This document shows positions 1 to 8,200 of a stretch of 17,334 bases of DNA, piece after piece. The stretch is from contig DATLUD010000060.1 in NCBI GenBank assembly GCA_035533275.1, positions 1 to 17,334 of the forward strand, written 5' to 3'. Position 1 is the stretch's first letter, and every line of letters starts with the position of its first letter. Source of the DNA: Candidatus Dormiibacterota bacterium (GTDB lineage: Bacteria > Vulcanimicrobiota > Vulcanimicrobiia > Vulcanimicrobiales > SCRA01). The notes beneath the pieces were generated by a model. It was not told the origin of the DNA, ran no database searches, and saw nothing but the letters and a program-made list of their open reading frames with translations. The position numbers and the translations under genes were made by a program.

Positions 1-270
1 ACGCTGAGAGGCGCGGTTGACGCGTGGACGGCCGGGAGCGGCGGAGAGCGGTGAAGGGGAGGGTGATGCTCCCGCCGGATCGGCGGGGCAAAAGAGCAGG
101 GCCACCCCTCCCTTCGCCGGACTACCGTACTGTAGCCAATCATGTAGCCTATCGGTGTCCGCGCCGGTTCGCGACGGCCCTCCTTGACCCGCGGTCAAAA
201 CAGCCAAAAATGCAGATACCTCGGTATTGTCGTGGCATTGTGGGTATCTGGAAAACTTGTCGGGTCATAA

Positions 271-315
271 CTGAAAGACCTGGTGTCGCCAGTTCGATTC
301 TGGCTCTCGGCACCA
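271..315 (+). tRNA. tRNA-like 3' domain ending in CCA. It consists of an anticodon-loop-like CUGAAAG, T-stem GCCAG/CUGGC, T-loop UUCGAUU, acceptor 3' strand UCUCGGC, discriminator A and encoded CCA. No complete cloverleaf could be folded. It is a fragment/att-type remnant or the 3' end of a longer structured RNA (possibly 3..315).
   Basis: Canonical T54-Psi55-C56-R57-A58 T-loop (TTCGATT, 293-299) with a 5-bp T-stem (288-292/300-304). A 7-nt acceptor 3' strand (305-311) is followed by ACCA (312-315). GCTGAGA at 3-9 is complementary to that strand, with a U.G pair at 3:70. The region 190-300 is markedly lower in GC than the surrounding coding DNA. Confidence 0.45.
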
Positions 316-320
316 CCGTC

Positions 321-354
321 GAAGCCCCGTCGCATCTAGTATCGGCGGGGCTTC
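321..354. terminator. Strong GC-rich hairpin: a 12-bp stem (gaagccccgtcg / cggcggggcttc, one G.U pair) with a 10-nt loop. It sits between the tRNA-like element and the convergent lipoprotein gene and is a likely bidirectional terminator.
   Basis: Inverted repeat read directly from the sequence. It lies immediately after the CCA end and 18 nt before the stop of the minus-strand gene. There is no U-tract, which is common in high-GC genomes. Confidence 0.5.
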
Positions 355-372
355 TCCGTGCTCGATCGCCGG

Positions 373-1287
373 TCACTCCTGCGGGGTCGTCTGCACGCGT
401 GCGCCGTTTTCGTCTTGATTGATCACGGAGCCGCCGCAGATCTGCACGCCCTCGCCGCGTTGCCACTTCGCGGCCGCCGCCTGGTCGGCGCCGGCGACGC
501 CGTAGACGGATCCATCGGCGGTTTGAATGACCGAGCCGTCGGCGGAGACGGAGTAGATGGTGGTCTCTGTGCACGCGGGTGCGGGAGCGTACGGTGTCGC
601 GACGACCGAGATCGGCGTCGGGAACGGCCGCGTGCGTGGGGCATTGCTGGTCCGCTCAACGGCGGCGGGCGTCGGACGAGGCGCGGGGTTCGGCGCCGCG
701 GGGCGCGCGGCGAGATCCGCTGGGGGCGGCGGATCGGCCGCGGCGGCGGGCGCCTGCGCGCGCTGTGGCGGCACGGCGTCGGCGACGTGGCTCCAGCTCA
801 CATTGCTCGAGAACACCACGAGTTTGCCGTGCATCATGCCGTAGGTCCACGTGCGCCGTCCGCTGGGGCAACACACGTTGTCGGAGGCGCGGTAGGCGGC
901 GCTGGCGACGATGAGCCGTCCGCCGTCGATGCGGACCCCCTCGACGCTGCTGCTGAGCGAGAGATCGCCCGCGAAGACCACGTCGCTTTGAGCGATCCGA
1001 AAGACACCCACGTCGAAGGCCTTGCCGCCGCTGCCGGCCTCCATCGGCGCGGCGACGATCATCGTGCGCTCGGGGCCGATCATGCCGACCGCGGCGCGAT
1101 CGGCGTCGACGTTCAAGCCGTTCTGCGTCTTGGGCAAGCGATCGAGCGAGAGCACCGCGGAGAGATCGGTCGGCCCCGGCGCAACGGTAGCCACCGCGCT
1201 CGCAGACTGCGTCGCGCGCGCGTCTCGCAGATACGTGCAACCGCTGAGCAAGACGGTTGCCGCAAGCAGCAGTCCCCAGACTCTCAT
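373..1287 (-). CDS. Secreted lipoprotein (304 aa) with a signal peptide and lipobox (LLSGC), a Pro/Ala-rich linker and a C-terminal Cys-containing domain. Family not recognised with certainty.
   Basis: The N-terminus MRVWGLLLAATVLLSGCTY is a classic lipoprotein signal. GAGGAAGG lies 9 nt upstream of the ATG at 1287. A long low-complexity AP-rich linker and a CC pair are present. Confidence 0.75.
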   Translation of the reverse strand: MRVWGLLLAATVLLSGCTYLRDARATQSASAVATVAPGPTDLSAVLSLDRLPKTQNGLNVDADRAAVGMIGPERTMIVAAPMEAGSGGKAFDVGVFRIAQSDVVFAGDLSLSSSVEGVRIDGGRLIVASAAYRASDNVCCPSGRRTWTYGMMHGKLVVFSSNVSWSHVADAVPPQRAQAPAAAADPPPPADLAARPAAPNPAPRPTPAAVERTSNAPRTRPFPTPISVVATPYAPAPACTETTIYSVSADGSVIQTADGSVYGVAGADQAAAAKWQRGEGVQICGGSVINQDENGARVQTTPQE

Positions 1288-1450
1288 CGATGGCGCCTTC
1301 CTCGCCGACGGCCGAGGCTCCCGGCTCCGCGCCGTCGACGGCGTATGATTCTTCCCTCGACCGTTTTCCTACTAAGCGAGCGCGAGGTCGCGGACGATCG
1401 CGCGCGCCGCTTGCCGAGCGACGCGTGCGTCATCGGGGTACGATTGACCC

Positions 1451-2413
1451 ATGCCGGAACCCGGCGTGATGCTCGCGACGCTGATCGACGCACCGTTCGA
1501 CGACCCGGATTGGGTCTTTGAGACTAAGTGGGACGGCGTGCGGGCGATCTGCCGCGTCGACGAGCATCGGAGGCTCCGCTTGCTCTCGAGGACGGGGCAC
1601 GACCTCAGCGGCATCTTTCCCGAGTTGACCGCCATCGCTCGCGCGGTCGCGGGCGTGCCCGTCACCCTCGACGGCGAGGTGATCGCGCTCGACGCGCAGG
1701 GCCGCTCATCGTTCCAGGCGCTCCAACCGCGCCTCAACCGGCGGCGGCCGCCGCCGGAGGCCGACCGCGTGCCCGTGCGGTTCGCCGCGTTCGACATCCT
1801 GGAGCATCGCGGGCGCGATCTGAGGAGCTTGCCGCTCGAGGAGCGCATGCGCATCCTCCGCGCGGCGCTCCCGGAGATCCCCGGCGTCGCGACCATCTCG
1901 ACGGCGGTGCGGGAGGGGGGCAAGGCGGCGTTCGCCGCCGCGGCGCGGGCGGGACTCGAGGGCATCGTCGGAAAGCGGCTGGCGTCGCGCTACGCGCGCG
2001 GGCGCTCGCGCGAGTGGGTGAAGATCAAAGCGCGCCGGCAGCAGGAGTTCGTGGTCGGCGGATGGACCGAGCCGCGCGGCAGCCGGAGCCGCTTCGGCTC
2101 GCTGCTCCTCGGCTTCTACGAGGACGGCGTCCTCCGGTACGCCGGCTCCGTGGGCACGGGATTCGACGAGCGCGCGCTGGAGGACGTGAGCGCCCGTCTG
2201 CACACGATCGGGCGGGCGTCGTCACCGTTCGCGCAGCCGCCGTCGCGCCTGGCCTCCGCCGTCCACTGGGTCGAGCCGCGGCTCGTCGCTGAGGTGAAGT
2301 TCGCGGAGTGGACGCGCGGCGGACGCGTCCGCCAGCCGGTCTTTCAAGGCCTGCGCGACGACAAGCCGCCCCGCGAGGTGGTGCGCGAAGTGGCTGCATC
2401 CGCCGGCGGTTAG
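1451..2413 (+). CDS. ligD: ATP-dependent DNA ligase: a stand-alone LigD ligase domain of the non-homologous end-joining system.
   Basis: Nucleotidyltransferase motif I KxDG (ETKWDGVRAI), an MLATL N-terminal signature and an OB-fold C-terminal region. It is convergent with ku, with overlapping stop codons in TTAG at 2410-2413. The start could alternatively be the ATG at 1469. Confidence 0.85.
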   Translation: MPEPGVMLATLIDAPFDDPDWVFETKWDGVRAICRVDEHRRLRLLSRTGHDLSGIFPELTAIARAVAGVPVTLDGEVIALDAQGRSSFQALQPRLNRRRPPPEADRVPVRFAAFDILEHRGRDLRSLPLEERMRILRAALPEIPGVATISTAVREGGKAAFAAAARAGLEGIVGKRLASRYARGRSREWVKIKARRQQEFVVGGWTEPRGSRSRFGSLLLGFYEDGVLRYAGSVGTGFDERALEDVSARLHTIGRASSPFAQPPSRLASAVHWVEPRLVAEVKFAEWTRGGRVRQPVFQGLRDDKPPREVVREVAASAGG

Positions 2414-3237
2414 GCCACGTGCTTGCGGTGCGGCGACTTCTTGCGGCGCTTGCGCGTCTCGTCGAGACTGCGGCGGAGGACCTCGCGGAGATCGATGACG
2501 TTCGTCGCCTTCTTGCGGGCTTTGGCCTTTCCCAAGGCCGGACGCTCGCCGCGCGCCCGAGCCTCGATGAGGGCGGTGAGCTCCTCGCGGTAGGTATCCT
2601 TGAACGCGGCGGGATCGAACGAGGCGCTCATCGCCTCGACCAGCATCGCCGCCGACTTCATCTCCGGCGCGCTGGCCTTGATGCGGTCCGAGGGCGCGTC
2701 GATCTCCGCCTCGTCCACGATCTCATCGGCATAGTGCATCAGCTCCAGCACCAGCGTCGCGCCGCGCGGCTTCACGGCCGCCACGTGCTGGCGGGTCCGA
2801 ATCACCACCTGGGCGATGCCGACCTTGCGCGTCTTGATCAAGACGTCGCGCAGCAGCCCGTAGGCGTGCCGCCCGTTCTTCTCCGGTTCCAGGTAGTAGG
2901 GCTTGTCGAAGAGCACGGGGTCGATCTCGTCGACCTGAACGAACTGCACGATGTCGATGCTCTGCGTGGCCTCCACGTCCACGCGGGCGAAGTCCTCATC
3001 GCTCACCACCACGTACCGTTCCTTGGCCGCCTCGAATCCGCGAACCACGTGATCCCATTCGACCCGCTTGCCGCAGGAGTCGCAGAGGCGCACGTTGCTG
3101 ATGCGGCCGTGGTCCTCGTCGTGGAGAAAGTGAAAGCGCAGCTCGTTCGGTCGGATGGCCGCGACGAGTCTCACCGGGATGGAGACCAACCCGAAGTTCA
3201 CCGATCCGCTCCACAGCGCGTGAGCCATCTCAGCCAT
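2410..3237 (-). CDS. ku: Ku protein, the NHEJ DNA-end-binding protein (275 aa), with a lysine-rich C-terminal tail.
   Basis: The N-terminus MAEMAHALWSGSVNFGLVSIPVRL is the bacterial Ku signature. The true start is the internal ATG at 3237, not the upstream extension in the ORF track. This ATG overlaps the stop of the upstream PE-Pol gene within ATGGCTGA. Confidence 0.9.
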   Translation of the reverse strand: MAEMAHALWSGSVNFGLVSIPVRLVAAIRPNELRFHFLHDEDHGRISNVRLCDSCGKRVEWDHVVRGFEAAKERYVVVSDEDFARVDVEATQSIDIVQFVQVDEIDPVLFDKPYYLEPEKNGRHAYGLLRDVLIKTRKVGIAQVVIRTRQHVAAVKPRGATLVLELMHYADEIVDEAEIDAPSDRIKASAPEMKSAAMLVEAMSASFDPAAFKDTYREELTALIEARARGERPALGKAKARKKATNVIDLREVLRRSLDETRKRRKKSPHRKHVA

Positions 3238-4585
3238 CCTTCCACAGACGTTGGGCCTTGGCCAGCGCGGGGCCGAGGCGCTGGGGTGTGCCGTACGAGC
3301 CGCGCCACGGATCCGCCGCCTCGGCGGCGTTCGCCAGCGACCAGCGGTGCAGGGCCTTGGCCGGCTCCGCGACGCGGCTCCGCGTCCAGCCTTCGACGGC
3401 GTCCCAGTCCAGCGGCATCGAGACGGGGGCCCCGGGCTGCGCGCGCACGGAGAACGGCGCCGCCATCGTCTTGCCCCGCCCCACCTGCGCGGCGTCGAGA
3501 TAGACGGTGCCGGGCGGGCGCTTTGCCGGCGTGCGCGCCAGGGTGACGTCGTCGGGGCGGAGCGCCGCGACGCGCAGAGCCACCAGTTCCGCGAAGCGGC
3601 GCACATCGGCGTAGTCGTGCTCCTCGCGCAGACGCACCAGCACGTGCAGGCCGCGCGAGCCGGAGGTCTTCACGCGCGAACGCAAGCCCAACTCCGAGAG
3701 CGCGTCGCGAACCGCGACGGCCACGCGCGCGATGCGCCGCAGGGGCGTCCCCGGCGTCGGGTCGAGGTCGAAGAAGAGCAGGTCGGGGCGATCGGGGTCG
3801 GAGAGGCGCGACTGCCAGACGTGGAGGGTGATCGCGGCGAGGTTGGCCAGGTAGAGCAGCGTGCGGCGGTCGTTGCAGACCACGTAGGCGGAAGGCTCGC
3901 CGTGCGCCCCGGCCGGCATGTGCTTCTCGATGAACGATTTTCCGGCGATGCCGTCGGGGTAGCGCTCGAGCATCAGGGCGCGATCCCGCAGATAGGGCAG
4001 CATCGCCGGCGCGACGCGCTCGTAGTATGCCACCAGGTCGTGCTTGGTGAGCCCCTCGCCGGGCCAGAGCACTTTCTCGGGGTTGGTGAGCGCGGCGATC
4101 TGCTTCACCGTGCGGCCGGTGAGCACGGAGGCCGGATGGGCCGAGGCGCGCCAGCGCCGATCCGCCCCGGCATCGCGCTGCTTGATCAGCAGCCACGCCT
4201 CCTCACCGGCGCGCGGCCGCATCCGCACCAAAGCGAAGGCGCCGCGCAGCTTCTCGCCGTGGAGGCCGATCTCCAGCCGCCCCGCGCGCAGCGCGTGCGC
4301 CGCGGAGCCGCCGTCGAGCAGCTCGTAGGTGCCGGCGTCCCAGACGATCACCTCGCCCGCGCCGTATCTCCCTTCCTCGATGCGTCCCTCGAAGTCGTAG
4401 TAATCGAGCGGGTGGTCTTCCACGCGAATCGCCAGGCGGCGCACGCCCGGATCGAGCGATGGCCCCTTGGGGACCGCCCACGACGCCAGCGCGCCGCCGA
4501 TCTCAAGCCGGAAGTCGTAGTGCAGATGACGCGCGTGGTGGAGCTGGACCACAAAGCGCGGCTCGCGCGCCTTTTTCGTAGTCAT
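3230..4585 (-). CDS. LigD-type bifunctional 3'-phosphoesterase plus primase-polymerase (PE-Pol) protein with no ligase domain (451 aa).
   Basis: The N-terminal PE domain carries FVVQLHHARHLHYDFRLE. The Pol domain carries the DxD motif LLFFDLDPTPG, the SGSRGLHVLV motif and VYLD. It forms an operon with ku. Confidence 0.88.
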   Translation of the reverse strand: MTTKKAREPRFVVQLHHARHLHYDFRLEIGGALASWAVPKGPSLDPGVRRLAIRVEDHPLDYYDFEGRIEEGRYGAGEVIVWDAGTYELLDGGSAAHALRAGRLEIGLHGEKLRGAFALVRMRPRAGEEAWLLIKQRDAGADRRWRASAHPASVLTGRTVKQIAALTNPEKVLWPGEGLTKHDLVAYYERVAPAMLPYLRDRALMLERYPDGIAGKSFIEKHMPAGAHGEPSAYVVCNDRRTLLYLANLAAITLHVWQSRLSDPDRPDLLFFDLDPTPGTPLRRIARVAVAVRDALSELGLRSRVKTSGSRGLHVLVRLREEHDYADVRRFAELVALRVAALRPDDVTLARTPAKRPPGTVYLDAAQVGRGKTMAAPFSVRAQPGAPVSMPLDWDAVEGWTRSRVAEPAKALHRWSLANAAEAADPWRGSYGTPQRLGPALAKAQRLWKDG

Positions 4586-4658
4586 GGCCAGTACATACCC
4601 ACCGAAGCCTCGCCGGCGCTTGCCCCGCGCTCGGGCGCGCGCAGGTTGATGAGGAAGC

Positions 4659-5927
4659 GTGCGACAACCTGGGAGAGTGACATCCTCCGGCCTCGGTTAC
4701 CTCTTCGCCGGGCGCGCGATCCGCAGCTTCATGCAGAGCTATCTGGCGGTCGTGGTTCCGCTCTACCTGCTGTATCGCGGCTTCTCGCCGTTCGCGATCG
4801 GCGTGCTGGTCACGTGCGCGGCCGGCACGGGGGCGCTGCTCTCCGTGCTGGCGGGATTCGCCGCGGATCGCTACGGCCGCAAGGTCGTCCTGATCACGCT
4901 CTCGCTGGCGGGAGCGGCGGCCGGCGCGCTCTTCGCGCTGAACGGTCCGTATGCGGCGCTGGTGGCGGCGGGTGCGCTGGGATCGATCGGACGCGGCGGC
5001 GGAGCGGCCAGCGGCGGCGCGTTCGGGCCGTACTATCCCGCCGAGCAGGCGCTCTTGGCCGAGCGCATCGCCGACCACCGGCGCACGGCGCTCTTCGGGA
5101 TGTTCTCGTTCGTGGGCGTGATCGCCGGCGCGCTCGGCTCGCTCGTGAGCGCCGCGCCCGAGGTGGCGCTGCGCTTCCGCTTGACCACGCGCGGCGGCGG
5201 CTACGACGCCGTCTTCTGGCTCACCGCCGCGCTCGGCCTCGTCTTGGCGGCCAGCGTGCTCCCGATCCCGGAGTCGCGCGCGGCGCGCCGCCCCGCGCAG
5301 TCACAGGCCCCGCTCTCGGCGCGCACGCGGCGCCTGCTGGTGCGCCTGGGAGCGACCAACGCCACCAACGGGCTGGCCGTCGGCTTCCTCGGCCCGATCC
5401 TCACGCTGTGGTTCCATCTGCGGTTCGGCGCGGGCGAGGTGCAGATCGGGACGCTCTTCTTTCTGATGAACCTTGTGGGCGCCGTGCCGTACCTCCACAT
5501 CTCGCGAATCGTCCGCATGGTGGGGGGAGCGGTGCGGACCATCGTGTCGGTGCGCATCATCGCGTGCGTGCTGTTGGCCGTCGTCCCGTTCATGCCCACG
5601 TTCTGGACGGCGGGGGCGCTCTACCTCGTGCGCATGCTCTTCAACGTGATCTCCCTGCCCGTGCGGCAATCGTTCGTCATGGGCGTGGTGCCGCCGGAGG
5701 AGCGCTCGCGCGTGGCGGGGCTGTCGAACTTTCCAGCGCAGGTGCTGCAAATGGTCGGCCCCGCCATGGCGGGGGCGATGTTCGAGAACTTCTGGATCGG
5801 CGCTCCGCTGCTGTTGGCCTCGGCGCTCCAGCTCGTCAACGCGGGGCTCTACTGGACGTTCTTTCGCGGCGTGCTCCCGCCGGAGGAGCAGAAGCTCATG
5901 CGGCCTCCGGTGCCAGGGCGCTCATGA
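4659..5927 (+). CDS. Major facilitator superfamily (MFS) transporter (422 aa, GTG start).
   Basis: Twelve hydrophobic segments and the GxxxDRxGRK-like motif (ADRYGRKVV) between TM2 and TM3. The start is uncertain by a few codons. Confidence 0.8.
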   Translation: MRQPGRVTSSGLGYLFAGRAIRSFMQSYLAVVVPLYLLYRGFSPFAIGVLVTCAAGTGALLSVLAGFAADRYGRKVVLITLSLAGAAAGALFALNGPYAALVAAGALGSIGRGGGAASGGAFGPYYPAEQALLAERIADHRRTALFGMFSFVGVIAGALGSLVSAAPEVALRFRLTTRGGGYDAVFWLTAALGLVLAASVLPIPESRAARRPAQSQAPLSARTRRLLVRLGATNATNGLAVGFLGPILTLWFHLRFGAGEVQIGTLFFLMNLVGAVPYLHISRIVRMVGGAVRTIVSVRIIACVLLAVVPFMPTFWTAGALYLVRMLFNVISLPVRQSFVMGVVPPEERSRVAGLSNFPAQVLQMVGPAMAGAMFENFWIGAPLLLASALQLVNAGLYWTFFRGVLPPEEQKLMRPPVPGRS

Positions 5928-7071
5928 CCTCGAAGAGGCTGCGCTTGCCCTCGAAGCCGATGCCGGGGAGCTCGGGGAGCGCCACGTGGCCTTCCACCAC
6001 GCGGACGCCGTCGGGAAAACCCCCGGTCGGCTGGAAGAGGTCGGGATACGACTCGTTGCCGCCCAATCCCAAGCCCGCGGCGATGTGCAGGGAGAGCTGG
6101 TGCCCGCCGTGGGGGATGCAGCGGCGCGGCGACCAGCCGTGGTCGCGGAGCATCTCGAGCGTGCGCAGATACTCGACCAGGCCGTAGCTGAGCGAGCAGT
6201 CGAACTGCAGCACGTCGCGGTCGGCGCGCATGCCGCCGTGGCGGATCAGGTTGCGCGCGTCCTGCATGGAGAAGAGGTTCTCTCCCGTCGCGAGCGCCCC
6301 GTCGTACGCCGCGGCCACCTCGGCGTTCAGGGCGTAGTCGAGGGGATCGCCGGGCTCCTCGTACCACCGCAGGCCGTACGGCATCAGCGCCTCGGCGTAG
6401 CGCAGCGCCGTCGCCAGGTCGAATCGCCCGTTGGCGTCGACGGCCAGATGCTCCCCCGAGCCCACCACCTCCAGCACGGCCTCGATGCGCCGCAGGTCGT
6501 CGTCGAGGGGCGCTCCGCCGATCTTCATCTTGACGACCGTGTAGCCGCGCTCGAGGTAGCCGCGCATCTCGCGTTTGAGAGCGTCGTGATCCTTGCCGGG
6601 ATAGTAGTAGCCTCCGGCGGCGTAGACGAAGACCCGCTCGTCGGTATCGCCGCCGCGGTAGCGATCGGCCAGCACCCGGAAGAGCGGGCGACCTTCGATC
6701 TTGGCCACCGCGTCCCAGACGGCCATGTCGATCACGCCGACGGCCACGGAGCGCTCGCCGTGTCCCCCCGGCTTCTCGTTCGTCATCAGCGTAGCCCAGA
6801 TCCGGGAGGGATCGAGGTTGGCGCCCTCGGGCGTCAGCAGCGTCTCGGGCGGCGCGGCCATGATTCGCGGAATGAATCGCTCGCGCAACAGGCAGCCTTG
6901 AGCGTAGCGGCCGTTGGAGTTGAAGCCGAATCCCACCACCCGGCGGCCGTCCCGCACCACGTCGGTCAGCACGGCGACGATGCTGGTGGTCATGGTGCTG
7001 AAGTCGATGTAGGCGTTGCGGATCGGGGAGCTGATGGGGATCGTGGTCTCGCGGACCTCGACGATCCTCAC
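5896..7071 (-). CDS. Enolase-superfamily enzyme of the mandelate racemase / acid-sugar dehydratase subgroup (391 aa).
   Basis: KxK motif (VVKMKIGG), metal-ligand context (AVDANGRFD, WYEEPGDP) and a C-terminal catalytic His (IPHGGH). The GTG start at 7071 overlaps the upstream TGA within GTGA, with GGAGG 10 nt upstream. The long N-terminal extension in the ORF track is spurious. Confidence 0.8.
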   Translation of the reverse strand: MRIVEVRETTIPISSPIRNAYIDFSTMTTSIVAVLTDVVRDGRRVVGFGFNSNGRYAQGCLLRERFIPRIMAAPPETLLTPEGANLDPSRIWATLMTNEKPGGHGERSVAVGVIDMAVWDAVAKIEGRPLFRVLADRYRGGDTDERVFVYAAGGYYYPGKDHDALKREMRGYLERGYTVVKMKIGGAPLDDDLRRIEAVLEVVGSGEHLAVDANGRFDLATALRYAEALMPYGLRWYEEPGDPLDYALNAEVAAAYDGALATGENLFSMQDARNLIRHGGMRADRDVLQFDCSLSYGLVEYLRTLEMLRDHGWSPRRCIPHGGHQLSLHIAAGLGLGGNESYPDLFQPTGGFPDGVRVVEGHVALPELPGIGFEGKRSLFEVMSALAPEAA

Positions 7072-8147
7072 GGACGCACCGCCTCCTCGGAGGCCGCGGC
7101 GCGGGCGATGGCGGCTCCCATCTCGTGCGTCGAGGCCGTTCCGCCCAGGTCGCGCGTGCGCGGGCCATGCTCCAGCACGTGCTCGATCGCGCGCTCCACG
7201 GCGGCCGCCGCATCGGCATGCCCCAAGTGCTCCAGCATCATCGCTCCCGACCAGATCTGGCCCACCGGGTCGGCGATGCCTTGGCCCGCGATGTCGGGAG
7301 CGGAGCCGTGCACGGGCTCGAACATCGAGGGGAAGTCGCGCTCCGGGTTGAGGTTGGCCGAGGGGGCGATGCCGATGGTTCCCGCCACGGCGGGACCGAG
7401 ATCGGAGAGGATGTCGCCGAAGAGATTCGAGCCGACCACCACGTCGAACCAGTCCGGATGCTGCACGAAGTGCGCCGTCAGGATGTCCACGTGGTACTGG
7501 TCGGTGCGGACGTCGGGATAGTCGGCCTTCATGGCGGCGAAGCGCTCGTCCCAGTAAGGCATCGAGAAGACGATGCCGTTGGACTTGGTGGCGGAGGTCA
7601 GGTGCTTCTTCGGCCGCCGGCGCGCCAGCTCGAAGGCGTAGCGCAGGATGCGGTCGACGCCGCGGCGCGTGAAGACCGTCTGCTGGACCACCAGCTCCTC
7701 GTCGGTTCCGGCGTAGAGGCGGCCGCCGATCTCCGAATACTCCCCCTCGTTGTTCTCGCGCACCACGTAGAAGTCGATGTCGCCGATGCCGCGCCCGGCC
7801 AGCGGCGAGGTCACCCCGCGCATCAGACGGACGGGGCGCAGGTTCACGTACTGGCGGAACTGGCGGCGGATGGGGATGAGCAAGCCCCACAGAGAGACGT
7901 GGTCGGGGACGCCGGGATAGCCGACGGCGCCGAGAAAGATGGCGTCGTGGCGGGCGATCTGCTCCAGCCCATCCTCGGGCATCATCCGCCCGTGCTGCGC
8001 GTAGTGCTCGCAGCTCCACGGGAGAATGTCCCAGGTGAAGGAGATGCCGAAGCGCTTCCCCACGGCGTCGAGGACCCTCATGCCCTCGGGGACCACTTCC
8101 TTGCCGATGCCGTCTCCGGGAATGACGGCGATGCGATACTGCCTCAC
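7068..8147 (-). CDS. ttuC: Tartrate dehydrogenase/decarboxylase, also D-malate dehydrogenase, of the TtuC/DmlA type in the isocitrate/isopropylmalate dehydrogenase family (359 aa).
   Basis: Near-collinear identity with E. coli DmlA/YeaU (YRIAVIPGDGIGKEV ... NLFGDILSDLGP ... FEPVHGSAPDIAG). The GTG start at 8147 is preceded by GGAGG at a 6-nt spacing. Confidence 0.88.
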   Translation of the reverse strand: MRQYRIAVIPGDGIGKEVVPEGMRVLDAVGKRFGISFTWDILPWSCEHYAQHGRMMPEDGLEQIARHDAIFLGAVGYPGVPDHVSLWGLLIPIRRQFRQYVNLRPVRLMRGVTSPLAGRGIGDIDFYVVRENNEGEYSEIGGRLYAGTDEELVVQQTVFTRRGVDRILRYAFELARRRPKKHLTSATKSNGIVFSMPYWDERFAAMKADYPDVRTDQYHVDILTAHFVQHPDWFDVVVGSNLFGDILSDLGPAVAGTIGIAPSANLNPERDFPSMFEPVHGSAPDIAGQGIADPVGQIWSGAMMLEHLGHADAAAAVERAIEHVLEHGPRTRDLGGTASTHEMGAAIARAAASEEAVRP

Positions 8148-8200
8148 GTGAGCCCTCCTGAAACGAAGAGAAGCGTTCACGCGGTCGCCGCGTCCGACCT

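Noticed and set aside
3-315. Canonical tmRNA (ssrA) gene spanning the tRNA-like end and the 5' complement at 3-9
   Set aside because: The acceptor pairing would give U3.G70, not the alanine-identity G3.U70 required of tmRNAs. No tag reading frame ends in ...ALAA-stop in any frame (stops at 133, 145, 185 give unrelated peptides). It is kept only as an atypical possibility in the findings.
226-315. Complete type I or type II tRNA gene ending at the CCA
   Set aside because: The only near-complementary 5' acceptor candidates (GUCGUGG at 229-235, GUCGGGU at 268-274) are mismatched or too close. No D-arm or anticodon stem can be paired (CAUAA versus ACCUG fails).
24-422. 132-aa ORF overlapping the tRNA-like element and hairpin
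   Set aside because: It overlaps the structured-RNA-like region, has no RBS or domain signal and is Arg-rich. It is likely non-coding.
2410-3606. N-terminal extensions in the ORF track for ku (to 3606), the enolase gene (to 8019), ttuC (to 8204), E1 beta (to 13876) and the small membrane protein (to 16832)
   Set aside because: The extensions are low-complexity and overlap upstream genes. The conserved N-termini begin at internal ATG/GTG codons that have good RBSs (3237, 7071, 8147, 12817, 16760).
3251-6187. 978-aa + strand ORF, plus similar long ORFs (5849..7219, 7125..8234, 8263..9363, 10627..11511, 11438..12841, 12802..13821, 13906..14727, 1372..1965 and others)
   Set aside because: These are antisense or out-of-frame to well-supported genes, extremely Arg/Ala/Gly-rich with no domain signatures. 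Such stop-codon-poor frames are typical in 70% GC DNA.
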